Shown: positions 8,107 to 16,255 of the stretch, in pieces
Layout: each line of letters begins with the position of its first letter
Position numbering within the stretch: the first letter of the stretch is position 1
Assembly: GCF_042660085.1 (NCBI RefSeq)
Contig: NZ_JBHSTI010000002.1
Coordinates: 210,001-242,000, forward strand
Direction: 5' to 3'
Source of the DNA: Longivirga aurantiaca
GTDB lineage: Bacteria > Actinomycetota > Actinomycetes > S36-B12 > CAIYMF01
Length of the DNA: 32,000 nt
Translations under genes and position numbers: made by a program
Notes under the pieces: model-generated
What the model saw: the letters and a program-made list of their open reading frames with translations, nothing else
The model's database searches: none
What the model was told of the DNA's origin: nothing

Positions 8107-8340
8107 CGAGGAACGGTCACCAGAAGGCCGCTCAGCGCTGTGTGAATCTAGGGGTCCACAGGTGCCCTTCAGGGGCGCCTCGTGACCGCTGTCAGGGGGC
8201 GCAGCGCGCGGGGTGGGCGGAGCGGGCCGGTGCGTGTGCGGGGCGGGATTATCCGATAGGCGGGGCGGTCTGGGACACTTCACGGCGGGATTCGGGCGCC
8301 CCGGCAGGAGCCGGGGCGCGGAGCGCAGAGGACGGACGTC

Positions 8341-9267
8341 GTGAGCGGAACGTGGGTGGTCGTCCCTGCGTTCGACGAGGCGGAGAACCTCGAGGTCCTG
8401 GTCCCGCGCATCCTCGACCACCTCGACCTCATCCCCGGCGGCGGCCATGTGCTCGTCGTCGACGACGGCTCGCGCGACTCCACGCCCGACGTCATGGCCA
8501 AGCTCTGCGCCGACAACGACCGGGTCCACGTCGACCGTTCGGTGCGCAACCGCGGCAAGGCCGCGGCGATGCAGCGCGGATTCGCCCTCGCGATCGATGA
8601 GGGCGCCACCGCGATCGTGATGATGGACGCCGACGGCCAGGACGACCCGGCCGAGCTGCCGCGCCTCGTGGCTCGGCTCGACGACGGCTTCGACCTCGTC
8701 ACCGGTGCCCGCGTCGAGCGCAACGACCGCTTCGTCAAGCGGCACACCTCACGCCTCTACAACTGGGCGACCGGCCGTCTGTCGGGCGCGCCCGGCCGTG
8801 ACTTCAACTCCGGCTTCAAGGCCATGCGGCCCGACGTCGCCCGCGATGTGAGCCCGATGCTGTACGGCGAGCTGCACCGGTACGTCACGGTCATCGCGCA
8901 CTGGCTCGGCTACCGCATCACCGAGGAGCCGGTGCAGCACCACGAGCGGATGTTCGGTAAGTCGAAGTACGGGATCGCCCGCTTCTTCCGCGGCTTCATG
9001 GACCTCATGACGGTGCGCTTCCTCATGAGCTACGAGCACCGGCCCTCGCACCTGTTCGGCGGCATCGGCATCGTCTCCTTCCTGCTCGGCGGCGCAGTCC
9101 TCGCCTACCTCACGGTGCTGCGGTTCCTCGGCCAGACCATCGGCGACCGGCCGCTGCTCATCGCCGGCGTGCTGCTCGTCGTCGTCGGCGTCCAGCTGCT
9201 GCTGTTCGGCCTGCTGGCCGAGCTCGTGGTCTACAACCGGCAGCGGGACGGGCGCACCAAGCCGTGA
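8341..9267 (+). CDS. GT2 polyprenyl-phosphate glycosyltransferase (GtrB/ArnC/DPM1-like) with two C-terminal TM helices
   Basis: VVVPAFDEAENL, LVVDDGSRDST, MDADGQDDP and NSGFKAM are followed by two hydrophobic helices (HLFGGIGIVSFLLGGAVLAYL, LLIAGVLLVVVGVQLLLFGLLAEL). The start is GTG. Confidence 0.88.
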   Translation: MSGTWVVVPAFDEAENLEVLVPRILDHLDLIPGGGHVLVVDDGSRDSTPDVMAKLCADNDRVHVDRSVRNRGKAAAMQRGFALAIDEGATAIVMMDADGQDDPAELPRLVARLDDGFDLVTGARVERNDRFVKRHTSRLYNWATGRLSGAPGRDFNSGFKAMRPDVARDVSPMLYGELHRYVTVIAHWLGYRITEEPVQHHERMFGKSKYGIARFFRGFMDLMTVRFLMSYEHRPSHLFGGIGIVSFLLGGAVLAYLTVLRFLGQTIGDRPLLIAGVLLVVVGVQLLLFGLLAELVVYNRQRDGRTKP

Positions 9268-11426
9268 GCGTCCGCCTCGAGGCCCGCCCTCCGGGCGACG
9301 CGGTGGCACGGCGGGTCGACCCGCGAGTCCCGACCGCGCTCCTCGTCGTCGCCGGGGCCGTCCTGGCCTTCAACGTCGTGGTCCTGTTCCTCGGCGCGTG
9401 GTCGATCGGGGTGACGACCGACGAGCCGATCCACGTCGACCGGCTCCAGCACTGGTTCGACCTCGGCTGGTACGTGCCCGACAGCCAGATGGACGGCGTC
9501 GAGCCCGATCAGGGTCTGTCCGGCATCTACGTCTACGGCCCCGTGGCCGCGCTCGTGGCCCATCTCGTCTCGGTCCTCAGCGGCACCGAGGCGTGGGGCA
9601 CCGTCTCCGGCGCGCCCGAGGCGTACGCGACCCGGCACCTCGCGGTGGCGCTCTTCAGCGTGCTCGGCCTCGCCGCGGTCGCGGCGACCACCCGGCTCCT
9701 CCTGCGCTCGTGGCGCTGGGCGCTGATCGCCGCTGCGGTGCTCTCGGCCGTCCCGACCTGGACAGGCCACGGCATGTTCAACATCAAGGACACGCCGGTC
9801 GCCGCGGGCTACACCGTCGCGACGCTGGGCCTCGTCGCGCTCTCCCGACCGTCCGCGCCCGGGTCGCGCCGTCTGCGGCTGCTCGGTGCGGGAGCGCTCG
9901 CGCTGGGCGTCACCGTCCTGGTCGGTACGCGCCCCGGCACCTGGGTGGCCCTGCTGCTCGGCGTCGGCTTCATGCTCGTGCTCACGTGGATCGTCGACCT
10001 GCTCGGTCCCGATCGCGCGCTCGCCGGCCATGCCCTGCGCCGCCGTGCTGCGGGCGCCGCGTCCGGGCTGGCGCTCGGATGGCTCGTCCTGCTCGTCGCG
10101 TACCCGAAGGTGTTCGGCGTCCCCGCACGGCTCGTCGCAGCCTTCGCCGACTCGGCCGACTACCCGTGGAAAGACACCATCCTCACCGCGGGCATCACGA
10201 TGTCGATGCCGCCGCCGCCGGCGTACCTGCCCCTGTGGTTCGGCGCCCAGACGCCTGTGGTGATCTTCGTCCTCGCGATTGTCGGCGTCCTCAGCCCGGT
10301 CGTCCTGCTGCTGCCGCGGCTGCGCCGTGGGGGCACGGCGGACGACGTCGCGCTCGGCACCGGTCAGGCCCTGGTCTCGGTGCAGGCGCTCCTGCTGCCG
10401 CTCGGCGCGGTCGTCACGAGCGCGGTGCTCTACGACGGCACGCGCCAGGTGCTGTTCGTCCTGCCGGCCTTCGCCGTGTCCGCCACGGTGGCGACCTGGC
10501 TCCTGCTGCGCAGGCTCGAAGCGCCGCGCTGGCGGACCGCGCTGGTGTGGGCCCTCGGCATCTCGCTCGTGGTGCCGACCGCATCGGCCGCGCGGCTCTT
10601 CCCCTACAGCTACTCGTGGTTCAACGGCGTCACGTCCGCCTTCCCGGTCGACGGCGCGTGGATGACCGACTACTGGTCGGCGAGCAACCGCGAGGTCATC
10701 CCGCTGGTGCCCGCCGGCGACGAGCAGAGCTGTCACGAGTGGACGCCGGGCGAGCGGCTTCTCCCCTGCGACGACTTCGCCGAGCAGGCCGTGTTCTGGC
10801 CCACCGTCGGCACCGAGGCAGCCGCGGAGGCGCTCGCCCCGGGCGAGTACGTCCAGCTCTCGTTCAACCGCGGCAGCGTGAACCCGCCCGAGGGCTGCAC
10901 CCAGGTCGCCGCCGTCGACCGGCCGTTGTTCGCGCGCCGCATCACCATGAGCTTCGTCATGCGCTGCGACGTGCCGCTCCAGCCCTATCCGGCGGGCGGG
11001 ATCGACGCGGCCTCGAACGGCGACCCCTACCTCCTCTGGGGCTGGCAGGCAGAGCCGATGCCCGACGTCGCCTGGGCCGACGGCTCCCACGCAGACGTCG
11101 GCTTCACGCTGCCGGCGACCGCGACGGCCGGCGACGTGCTCGTCATGCTCGACGCCGCACCCGTCCTGCCCGAGGGCGCGACCACCACGACGCTCGAGGT
11201 GCTCGTCAACGGCGAGCCCGTCGGACGCTTCTCGTACGCCGACGACGCGATGCGCACGCTCACCGTGCGGGTGCCGTCGTCGGTCGCGGGGTCGCTGGGC
11301 GACGGCCGGGTCGTCGTGCGGCTCGCCGTACCGGCTGACGACGCCCCCGCGGCGGCCGGCGTGGAGCAGCGCACGCTGCGCCTCGGTAGCGTTCGGGTCG
11401 AGCCGGCGGACGGAGCAGGATCGTGA
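9264..11426 (+). CDS. Large polytopic membrane protein, GT-C-fold glycosyltransferase-like, with C-terminal extracytoplasmic domain
   Basis: The 720-aa protein has an acidic motif TTDEPIHVD in the first loop after TM1, ~10+ hydrophobic segments through ~aa 450, and a soluble ~250-aa beta-rich tail. Its GTG overlaps the GT2 stop (GTGA). Pairing with a GtrB-like GT2 is the classic donor-synthase/GT-C arrangement. Confidence 0.6.
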   Translation: MSVRLEARPPGDAVARRVDPRVPTALLVVAGAVLAFNVVVLFLGAWSIGVTTDEPIHVDRLQHWFDLGWYVPDSQMDGVEPDQGLSGIYVYGPVAALVAHLVSVLSGTEAWGTVSGAPEAYATRHLAVALFSVLGLAAVAATTRLLLRSWRWALIAAAVLSAVPTWTGHGMFNIKDTPVAAGYTVATLGLVALSRPSAPGSRRLRLLGAGALALGVTVLVGTRPGTWVALLLGVGFMLVLTWIVDLLGPDRALAGHALRRRAAGAASGLALGWLVLLVAYPKVFGVPARLVAAFADSADYPWKDTILTAGITMSMPPPPAYLPLWFGAQTPVVIFVLAIVGVLSPVVLLLPRLRRGGTADDVALGTGQALVSVQALLLPLGAVVTSAVLYDGTRQVLFVLPAFAVSATVATWLLLRRLEAPRWRTALVWALGISLVVPTASAARLFPYSYSWFNGVTSAFPVDGAWMTDYWSASNREVIPLVPAGDEQSCHEWTPGERLLPCDDFAEQAVFWPTVGTEAAAEALAPGEYVQLSFNRGSVNPPEGCTQVAAVDRPLFARRITMSFVMRCDVPLQPYPAGGIDAASNGDPYLLWGWQAEPMPDVAWADGSHADVGFTLPATATAGDVLVMLDAAPVLPEGATTTTLEVLVNGEPVGRFSYADDAMRTLTVRVPSSVAGSLGDGRVVVRLAVPADDAPAAAGVEQRTLRLGSVRVEPADGAGS

Positions 11427-12127
11427 AGGACCTCTACGTGCGCGGTGTTCGCGGCGTGCGCTCGGGCCTGGAGCAGGTCGGCCTCCTCGACCCGCTCGAC
11501 CGCTGGGCCGCGCGGTCCGACGCCGGCGCCTGGACCCGCTCGCTGCTCGCCGTCTACGACCTGCACGACCTCATCGCCCTCGACGTGCCGTGGTGGACGT
11601 ACGAGGCGGCGGGCAAGGTCGCCCGCTTCCTCGCCTCACGTGACGACGCACGCGTGCTCGAGTGGGGGTCGGGCGCCTCGTCGGTGTGGCTCGCCCGTCG
11701 GGCCGGCTCGGTCACCTCGATCGAGCACGACCCCGAGTGGGCTGCGGAGATCGCACCGGTCCTGCCGTCCAACGCGCAGGTGATCGCGGTGCCGCCCACG
11801 CTCGCCTCGCAGAGCAGCGAGCCGATCCGCTCGGCCAAGAAGGGCTTCGAGGGCCTGGACTTCCGCGACTACGTCGAGGCGATCGATCGTCAGCACGGCG
11901 ACTTCGACCTCGTCGTCGTCGACGGGCGTGCGCGCGAGGCATGCCTCGCCCGTGCCATCGAGCGGGTCGTCCCCGGCGGGATGATCGTGGTCGACAACGT
12001 CGAACGCGCCCGCTACCGCGCGGCGATCGCCCGCCTCGGTACCCGCGTGACCGTCGACTGGACCTCCGGGCTCACGCCGTCCCTCCCGTACCCGACGCGC
12101 ACGGCGCTGCTGCGGCCCGAGGCGTGA
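11423..12127 (+). CDS. Class I SAM-dependent methyltransferase
   Basis: VLEWGSGASSVWLARRAGSVTSIEHDPEW is a glycine-rich SAM loop followed by an acidic residue. FDLVVVDGRAREACL and PGGMIVVDNV are also present. There is a GTGA overlap with the upstream gene. Confidence 0.7.
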   Translation: MKDLYVRGVRGVRSGLEQVGLLDPLDRWAARSDAGAWTRSLLAVYDLHDLIALDVPWWTYEAAGKVARFLASRDDARVLEWGSGASSVWLARRAGSVTSIEHDPEWAAEIAPVLPSNAQVIAVPPTLASQSSEPIRSAKKGFEGLDFRDYVEAIDRQHGDFDLVVVDGRAREACLARAIERVVPGGMIVVDNVERARYRAAIARLGTRVTVDWTSGLTPSLPYPTRTALLRPEA

Positions 12128-13098
12128 GCGAGCCCGACCACGTGGCCGACGATCCGGGTGCCCCGAGCCCGTCCGCGCGAGGGCGGTGGCTCGTGGTCGC
12201 CCGGGTGGCGTTCCTGCTCGCGGCGGTCGGCTTCGGCTGGCTCTGGCTGCGCGACGACTGGGACGACGTGGTCGCCGCGGTCGCGAGCGTCGGCCCCGCG
12301 TCGTGGGCCCGGGCGCTCATCGAGGTACTCCTCGGCCTGCTCCTGACCGGCTTCGTGTGGACCCTGGGCCTGCGTCGCTTCGGCCACGACGTGCCGAAGG
12401 GGGCAGCGCTGTCGGTCTTCTTCGTGGGCCAGCTCGGCAAGTACATCCCTGGATCGGTGTGGTCGCTCGGCGCGCAGGCGCAGATGGCCACGCGGTACGG
12501 CGTCCCCCCGCGCACGACGGTGGTCGCAGGGCTGGTGTTCCTCGGCTGGAACGTCGTCACCGCGGTGCTCGTCACGGCGTTGGGCGCTCTGCGCGGGCTC
12601 GTCGACCTCCCGGTGCCGGGCTGGCTGCTCATCGTGGCGGCGATGGCTGCACTGGCCTGCCTCACGCCGCGCGTGGTCAACGCCGCCGGTTCGTGGGCCG
12701 CCGGCGAGGGCAGGCGGCTCGTGCTCGGCGGGGGCGACTGCATCCTGGTCACGGTCGCGCTGATGGCGACGTGGCTGCTGTACGGCATGGCGCTGTACGC
12801 CGTGTCGCCCGGGCTGAGCAACAGCGAGTACTACTACCCGGACGACTACGGCCCGGGCGCTGCCATGGTGGCCTTCACCGCGGCGTACGCCGTCGGCGTC
12901 CTGGTAGTCCTCGCGCCCGCCGGGCTCGGCGCGCGCGAGGCGATCCTGACGCTGCTGCTCACGCCCTTCCTCGGCGTCGCCGGGGCCGCCGCTGCGGCGC
13001 TGCTCACCCGCGTGGTGCACACGGTCGCCGACTTCTCCATGGCGGGCGCAGCCTGGGTGCTCGGCCGCGGCTCGGCCCGGCCGACGCCTCCGGAGTGA
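12124..13098 (+). CDS. Flippase-like membrane protein (lysylphosphatidylglycerol synthase TM-region / UPF0104 family)
   Basis: This is the tail of track ORF 11662..13098 from GTG 12124. It has ~8 TM helices and the signature FFVGQLGKYIPGSVW, with APAGLGAREA near the C-terminus. There is a GTGA overlap with the methyltransferase stop. Confidence 0.7.
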   Translation: MSEPDHVADDPGAPSPSARGRWLVVARVAFLLAAVGFGWLWLRDDWDDVVAAVASVGPASWARALIEVLLGLLLTGFVWTLGLRRFGHDVPKGAALSVFFVGQLGKYIPGSVWSLGAQAQMATRYGVPPRTTVVAGLVFLGWNVVTAVLVTALGALRGLVDLPVPGWLLIVAAMAALACLTPRVVNAAGSWAAGEGRRLVLGGGDCILVTVALMATWLLYGMALYAVSPGLSNSEYYYPDDYGPGAAMVAFTAAYAVGVLVVLAPAGLGAREAILTLLLTPFLGVAGAAAAALLTRVVHTVADFSMAGAAWVLGRGSARPTPPE

Positions 13099-13158
13099 CA
13101 GGGGCGGGAACACGGCGCCCGTGCTCCGGCGTTGCCCCGACGACGTGAGGAGAGGGCG

Positions 13159-14052
13159 ATGACAGCGGTCGAAGTGCTCGACGGGCGCGAGGCGCAGGTC
13201 GGCAAGTTCACGGTGCGACGGGTGCTCCCCACGCGGCCGCTGCGCACCGTCGGCGCCTGGTGCTTCGCCGACCACATGGGCCCTGCCGAGGTGACCGAGA
13301 CCTCCGGCCTCGACGTCGGACCGCACCCGCACACCGGCCTGCAGACCGTGACGTGGCTGATGTCGGGCGAGGCCCTGCACAAGGACTCGCTCGGGTCGGA
13401 GCAGCTCATCCGCCCCGGTCAGCTCAACCTCATGACGGCCGGTCGCGGCATCGTGCACGCCGAGGAGGCCACCGGCACCTACCGCGGCACCTTGCACGGC
13501 GTCCAGCTCTGGGTAGCGCAGCCCGACCGCCTCCGGCACGGAGACCCTGCCTTCGCCCACCACGCGGAGCTCCCGGTGGTGGAGCACGGCGTGGCCTCCG
13601 CCACGGTGCTGGCCGGATCGTTCCTCGGCGCCACGTCTCCGGCCGCGTTCGTGACCGACCTGCTGGGGCTCGATCTCGTCCTGCGCCCAGGCAGCAGCAC
13701 GCTGCCGCTGCGGCCGGACTTCGAGCACGCCGTCGTCGCGCTCGACGGCGAGGTGCTGGTCGGGGGAGCGGTCGCCCGCCCGGGCCAGATCGCGTGGCTC
13801 GGCGTCGGTCGGTCCGAGGTGGAGGTGCAGGCACGCGACCAGTCGCGCGTGCTCGTGCTGGGCGGGGTCCCGTTCCCGGAGAAGCTGTTCATGTGGTGGA
13901 ACTTCGTGGCCCGCTCGGCCGACGAGGTGTCGGGGTTCTACTCCGACTGGCGCGACCGCGGGGAGCGCTTCGCCGCGGTCGACTCCGCCCTCGAGCGGAT
14001 CCCGGCGCCGACCCCGCCGTGGGAGCCGGTCCGCGTGCGACCTGCCCCCTGA
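13159..14052 (+). CDS. Pirin family protein
   Basis: ATG 13159 follows GAGGAG. GPHPHTGLQTVTWLMSGEALHKDS and LNLMTAGRGIVHAE are the bicupin pirin signature. Confidence 0.9.
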   Translation: MTAVEVLDGREAQVGKFTVRRVLPTRPLRTVGAWCFADHMGPAEVTETSGLDVGPHPHTGLQTVTWLMSGEALHKDSLGSEQLIRPGQLNLMTAGRGIVHAEEATGTYRGTLHGVQLWVAQPDRLRHGDPAFAHHAELPVVEHGVASATVLAGSFLGATSPAAFVTDLLGLDLVLRPGSSTLPLRPDFEHAVVALDGEVLVGGAVARPGQIAWLGVGRSEVEVQARDQSRVLVLGGVPFPEKLFMWWNFVARSADEVSGFYSDWRDRGERFAAVDSALERIPAPTPPWEPVRVRPAP

Positions 14053-14058
14053 CCTCGA

Positions 14059-15552
14059 TCAGGTCGGGAACGTGAACCCTCGCGCGACGACGCGCTCGAA
14101 CGCGTCGACGACGTCGGCGTCGAACAGCGATCCGCGGCCTTCGCTCAGCACCGCACGGGCGCGCGTGTCTCCGGGCGCGGTGCGGTAGGGGCGGTCGTTG
14201 GCCATCGCCTCGTAGAGGTCGGCGACGGCGATGATGCGCGACTCGAGCAGGATCGCGTCGCCGCGGAGGCCGAGCGGGTAGCCCGTCCCGTCCATCCGCT
14301 CGTGGTGCTGGTGGATCATCTCGGCGATCGGCCACGGCCAGGGGAACCGGCTGGCGATCGTCCACCCGGTCGTGGGGTGCGCCTTGAGGACCTCCCACTC
14401 GTCGCCGGTCAGCGGGCCTGTCTTGCCGAGGGTGCTGTGCGAGATGGAGATCTTGCCGAGGTCGTGGATGGACGCCCCGAGCACGAGGCCCTGGATCCTG
14501 TCCTCGTCGAGCCCGAGGTCGCGACCGATGGCCTCGGCCAGGACTCCGACGTGCGACTGGTGCCCTGCGGTGTACGGGTCGCGCGACTCGACCGCGGCGG
14601 CGAGGACGAACACCGAGCTCTTCAGCGCCTCGGTGAGGCGCACGGCGTCCCGCAGGCGCTCGATGCCGTAGCCGATGTCGGCGGCGAGGTCCTCGAGCAG
14701 GCCCTGCGACACCTGGTCGAACGCGTGCTGCTCGTAGGCGTAGACCATGAGGGCGCCGTCGGTCACTCCGTCGACGTCGACGGGCAGCGAGATGGAGGAG
14801 CGGATGCCGCGGCTCTCGGCCGCCTCGCGCCACGGCGAGTAGTCGGCGTCGACGAAGGACTGCTTCACCTGGGTCCGGCGGGTGCGGATCGCGGTGCCCG
14901 TCGGGCCACGGCCCGTCGCGCTGTCGTCCCAGGTGATGACGACCTCGTCGACGTAGCCCGCGAGCTCGCCGGCACGCGCGACGGGCTGCACGGTGCGGCG
15001 TTCGTCGGTCACGGCGCGGCCGTACCAGGCGAGGGCATAGCTGCCGGCCTCGACCGCCGTGCTGCACATGTCGTCGAGCAGGCCTTGCTCGTCGCGCGCG
15101 CGGACCAGGACGCCGTTCCCGCGGGAGAGGGTGGCGAGGGCGCGCAGGGTGGAGGTGGCCTCATGGGTGTCGCGGATGGCCGCGAAGGCCCCGACCACCT
15201 GGCCCTGCGCGTCGTGGGAGGGGCGGGCGCGGATCGTCACGTGCCGGTAGCCGCCGCCGGCGGCACGCACGCGGCAGGAGAGGCGGTCGATGACCGCGTC
15301 CTCGGTGTACAGCCGGGCGCGCTCCGCGAGGACCCGCTCGACGTCGTCCGGGTGGACGAAGGCCATGATCGAGTGGCCCGTCAGCTCCTCAGGCTTCCAG
15401 CCGAGCAGATCTGTGACGTTGGGCGCCACCCACTCGATCACGCCGTCGGGCGTCGTCTGGTAGATGACGTCGCCCTGGTCGGCGATGAGGCGCAGGTCGT
15501 CGAGCCCGGTGGAGCGCCGTGGCAGATGTGCCGTGACCGGCCGCGCGCCCAT
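14059..15552 (-). CDS. PAS-GAF-HD-GYP domain protein (putative c-di-GMP phosphodiesterase / signalling protein)
   Basis: The N-terminal PAS region is IYQTTPDGVIEWVAPNVTDLLGWKPEEL. A second sensory (GAF-like) block follows. The C-terminal HD-GYP has HDLGKISI and HHERMDGTGYPLGL. AAGGAG precedes the ATG. Confidence 0.85.
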   Translation of the reverse strand: MGARPVTAHLPRRSTGLDDLRLIADQGDVIYQTTPDGVIEWVAPNVTDLLGWKPEELTGHSIMAFVHPDDVERVLAERARLYTEDAVIDRLSCRVRAAGGGYRHVTIRARPSHDAQGQVVGAFAAIRDTHEATSTLRALATLSRGNGVLVRARDEQGLLDDMCSTAVEAGSYALAWYGRAVTDERRTVQPVARAGELAGYVDEVVITWDDSATGRGPTGTAIRTRRTQVKQSFVDADYSPWREAAESRGIRSSISLPVDVDGVTDGALMVYAYEQHAFDQVSQGLLEDLAADIGYGIERLRDAVRLTEALKSSVFVLAAAVESRDPYTAGHQSHVGVLAEAIGRDLGLDEDRIQGLVLGASIHDLGKISISHSTLGKTGPLTGDEWEVLKAHPTTGWTIASRFPWPWPIAEMIHQHHERMDGTGYPLGLRGDAILLESRIIAVADLYEAMANDRPYRTAPGDTRARAVLSEGRGSLFDADVVDAFERVVARGFTFPT

Positions 15553-15703
15553 CGCTGCTCCTTGCCCCGAAGGCCTTCATGATCGTGCACGGTGCGTGAC
15601 GGTGGCTAGCGCTGCGCGACCTTCTCTCCCTCGGTACACGATCGGGTGCCGCCTCGAGTGCCTGATGGGGCAGAGCAGTAGCACGAAGTGACCAGTGAGG
15701 GCG

Positions 15704-16180
15704 TCAGGAGGTGCGGTCGGGGTTCTCCTGCGCGTGGTCAGCCAGCACGGTCAGAACGCGCTCGAGATAGCGCTCGACGGCCGCGCGCTCGCGCGGTGTC
15801 ATGGGGTCCTCCGCGGCGACCAGGTCGGTCACGAGCGGGGCGACCTGGGCGATGACGGCGCCTGCGCCCTGCTGGGTGGGCCGCACGACGCGACGGCGCC
15901 GGTCCTCGGGGTCGGACTCGCGGGCCACGTGCCCCGCCTCCTCGAGGCGGTCGACGAGCACGGTGGCCGAGGCCGAGGTCATGTGCAGGCGTCGGGAGAG
16001 CTCGACCGGGCCCATGGGCTCGGACATGAGGTGCTCCATGGCGTCGACCTCGCTCGGGTTGAGGCCGAGCCGGCGGGCCATCGCGAGACGGGTCTCGCCG
16101 GTCAGGTGGAGGACGTCGTACAGCAGCGTGGCGACGCGGCTCGTCGGCCACGCGGCCTCGGGGTGCGCACTGCCCGTCAT
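15704..16180 (-). CDS. MarR family transcriptional regulator
   Basis: The winged-helix region is MGPVELSRRLHMTSASATVLVDRLEEAGHVARESDPEDRRRRVVRPT. The start is taken at ATG 16180 (MTGSAHPEA..) rather than the track start 16228. Confidence 0.85.
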   Translation of the reverse strand: MTGSAHPEAAWPTSRVATLLYDVLHLTGETRLAMARRLGLNPSEVDAMEHLMSEPMGPVELSRRLHMTSASATVLVDRLEEAGHVARESDPEDRRRRVVRPTQQGAGAVIAQVAPLVTDLVAAEDPMTPRERAAVERYLERVLTVLADHAQENPDRTS

Positions 16181-16196
16181 TGATGTACTCTCCACT

Positions 16197-16217
16197 ATCG
16201 CTAGACAGTCTAGTGAT
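16197..16217. promoter_or_regulatory. 21-bp near-perfect palindrome ATCGCTAGAC-A-GTCTAGTGAT, candidate MarR operator
   Basis: It lies in the AT-richer 75-bp divergent region between marR (start 16180) and the MMPL gene (start 16256). 10-bp arms match 9 of 10; the inner 6 bp of each arm match perfectly (CTAGAC/GTCTAG). Confidence 0.5.
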
Positions 16218-16255
16218 AAGGCTGTCACGTCATGTGATGTTCTCGGGAGATACTA

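Noticed and set aside
9231-11090. Long antisense or alternative-frame ORFs opposite real genes. Examples: 2562-4055 -, 2807-4687 +, 9231-11090 -, 9398-11338 +, 12013-13728 -, 13889-15067 -, 14302-15582 +, 16253-18373 -, 18558-21020 -, 20737-22077 -, 23685-24836 +, 24709-26091 +, 25070-27181 -, 26937-27902 -, 29663-31504 -
   Set aside because: All have extreme Arg/Gly/Pro/Asp/His composition with no recognisable motifs. Each overlaps a gene with clear family signatures. Stop-codon scarcity at high GC explains them.
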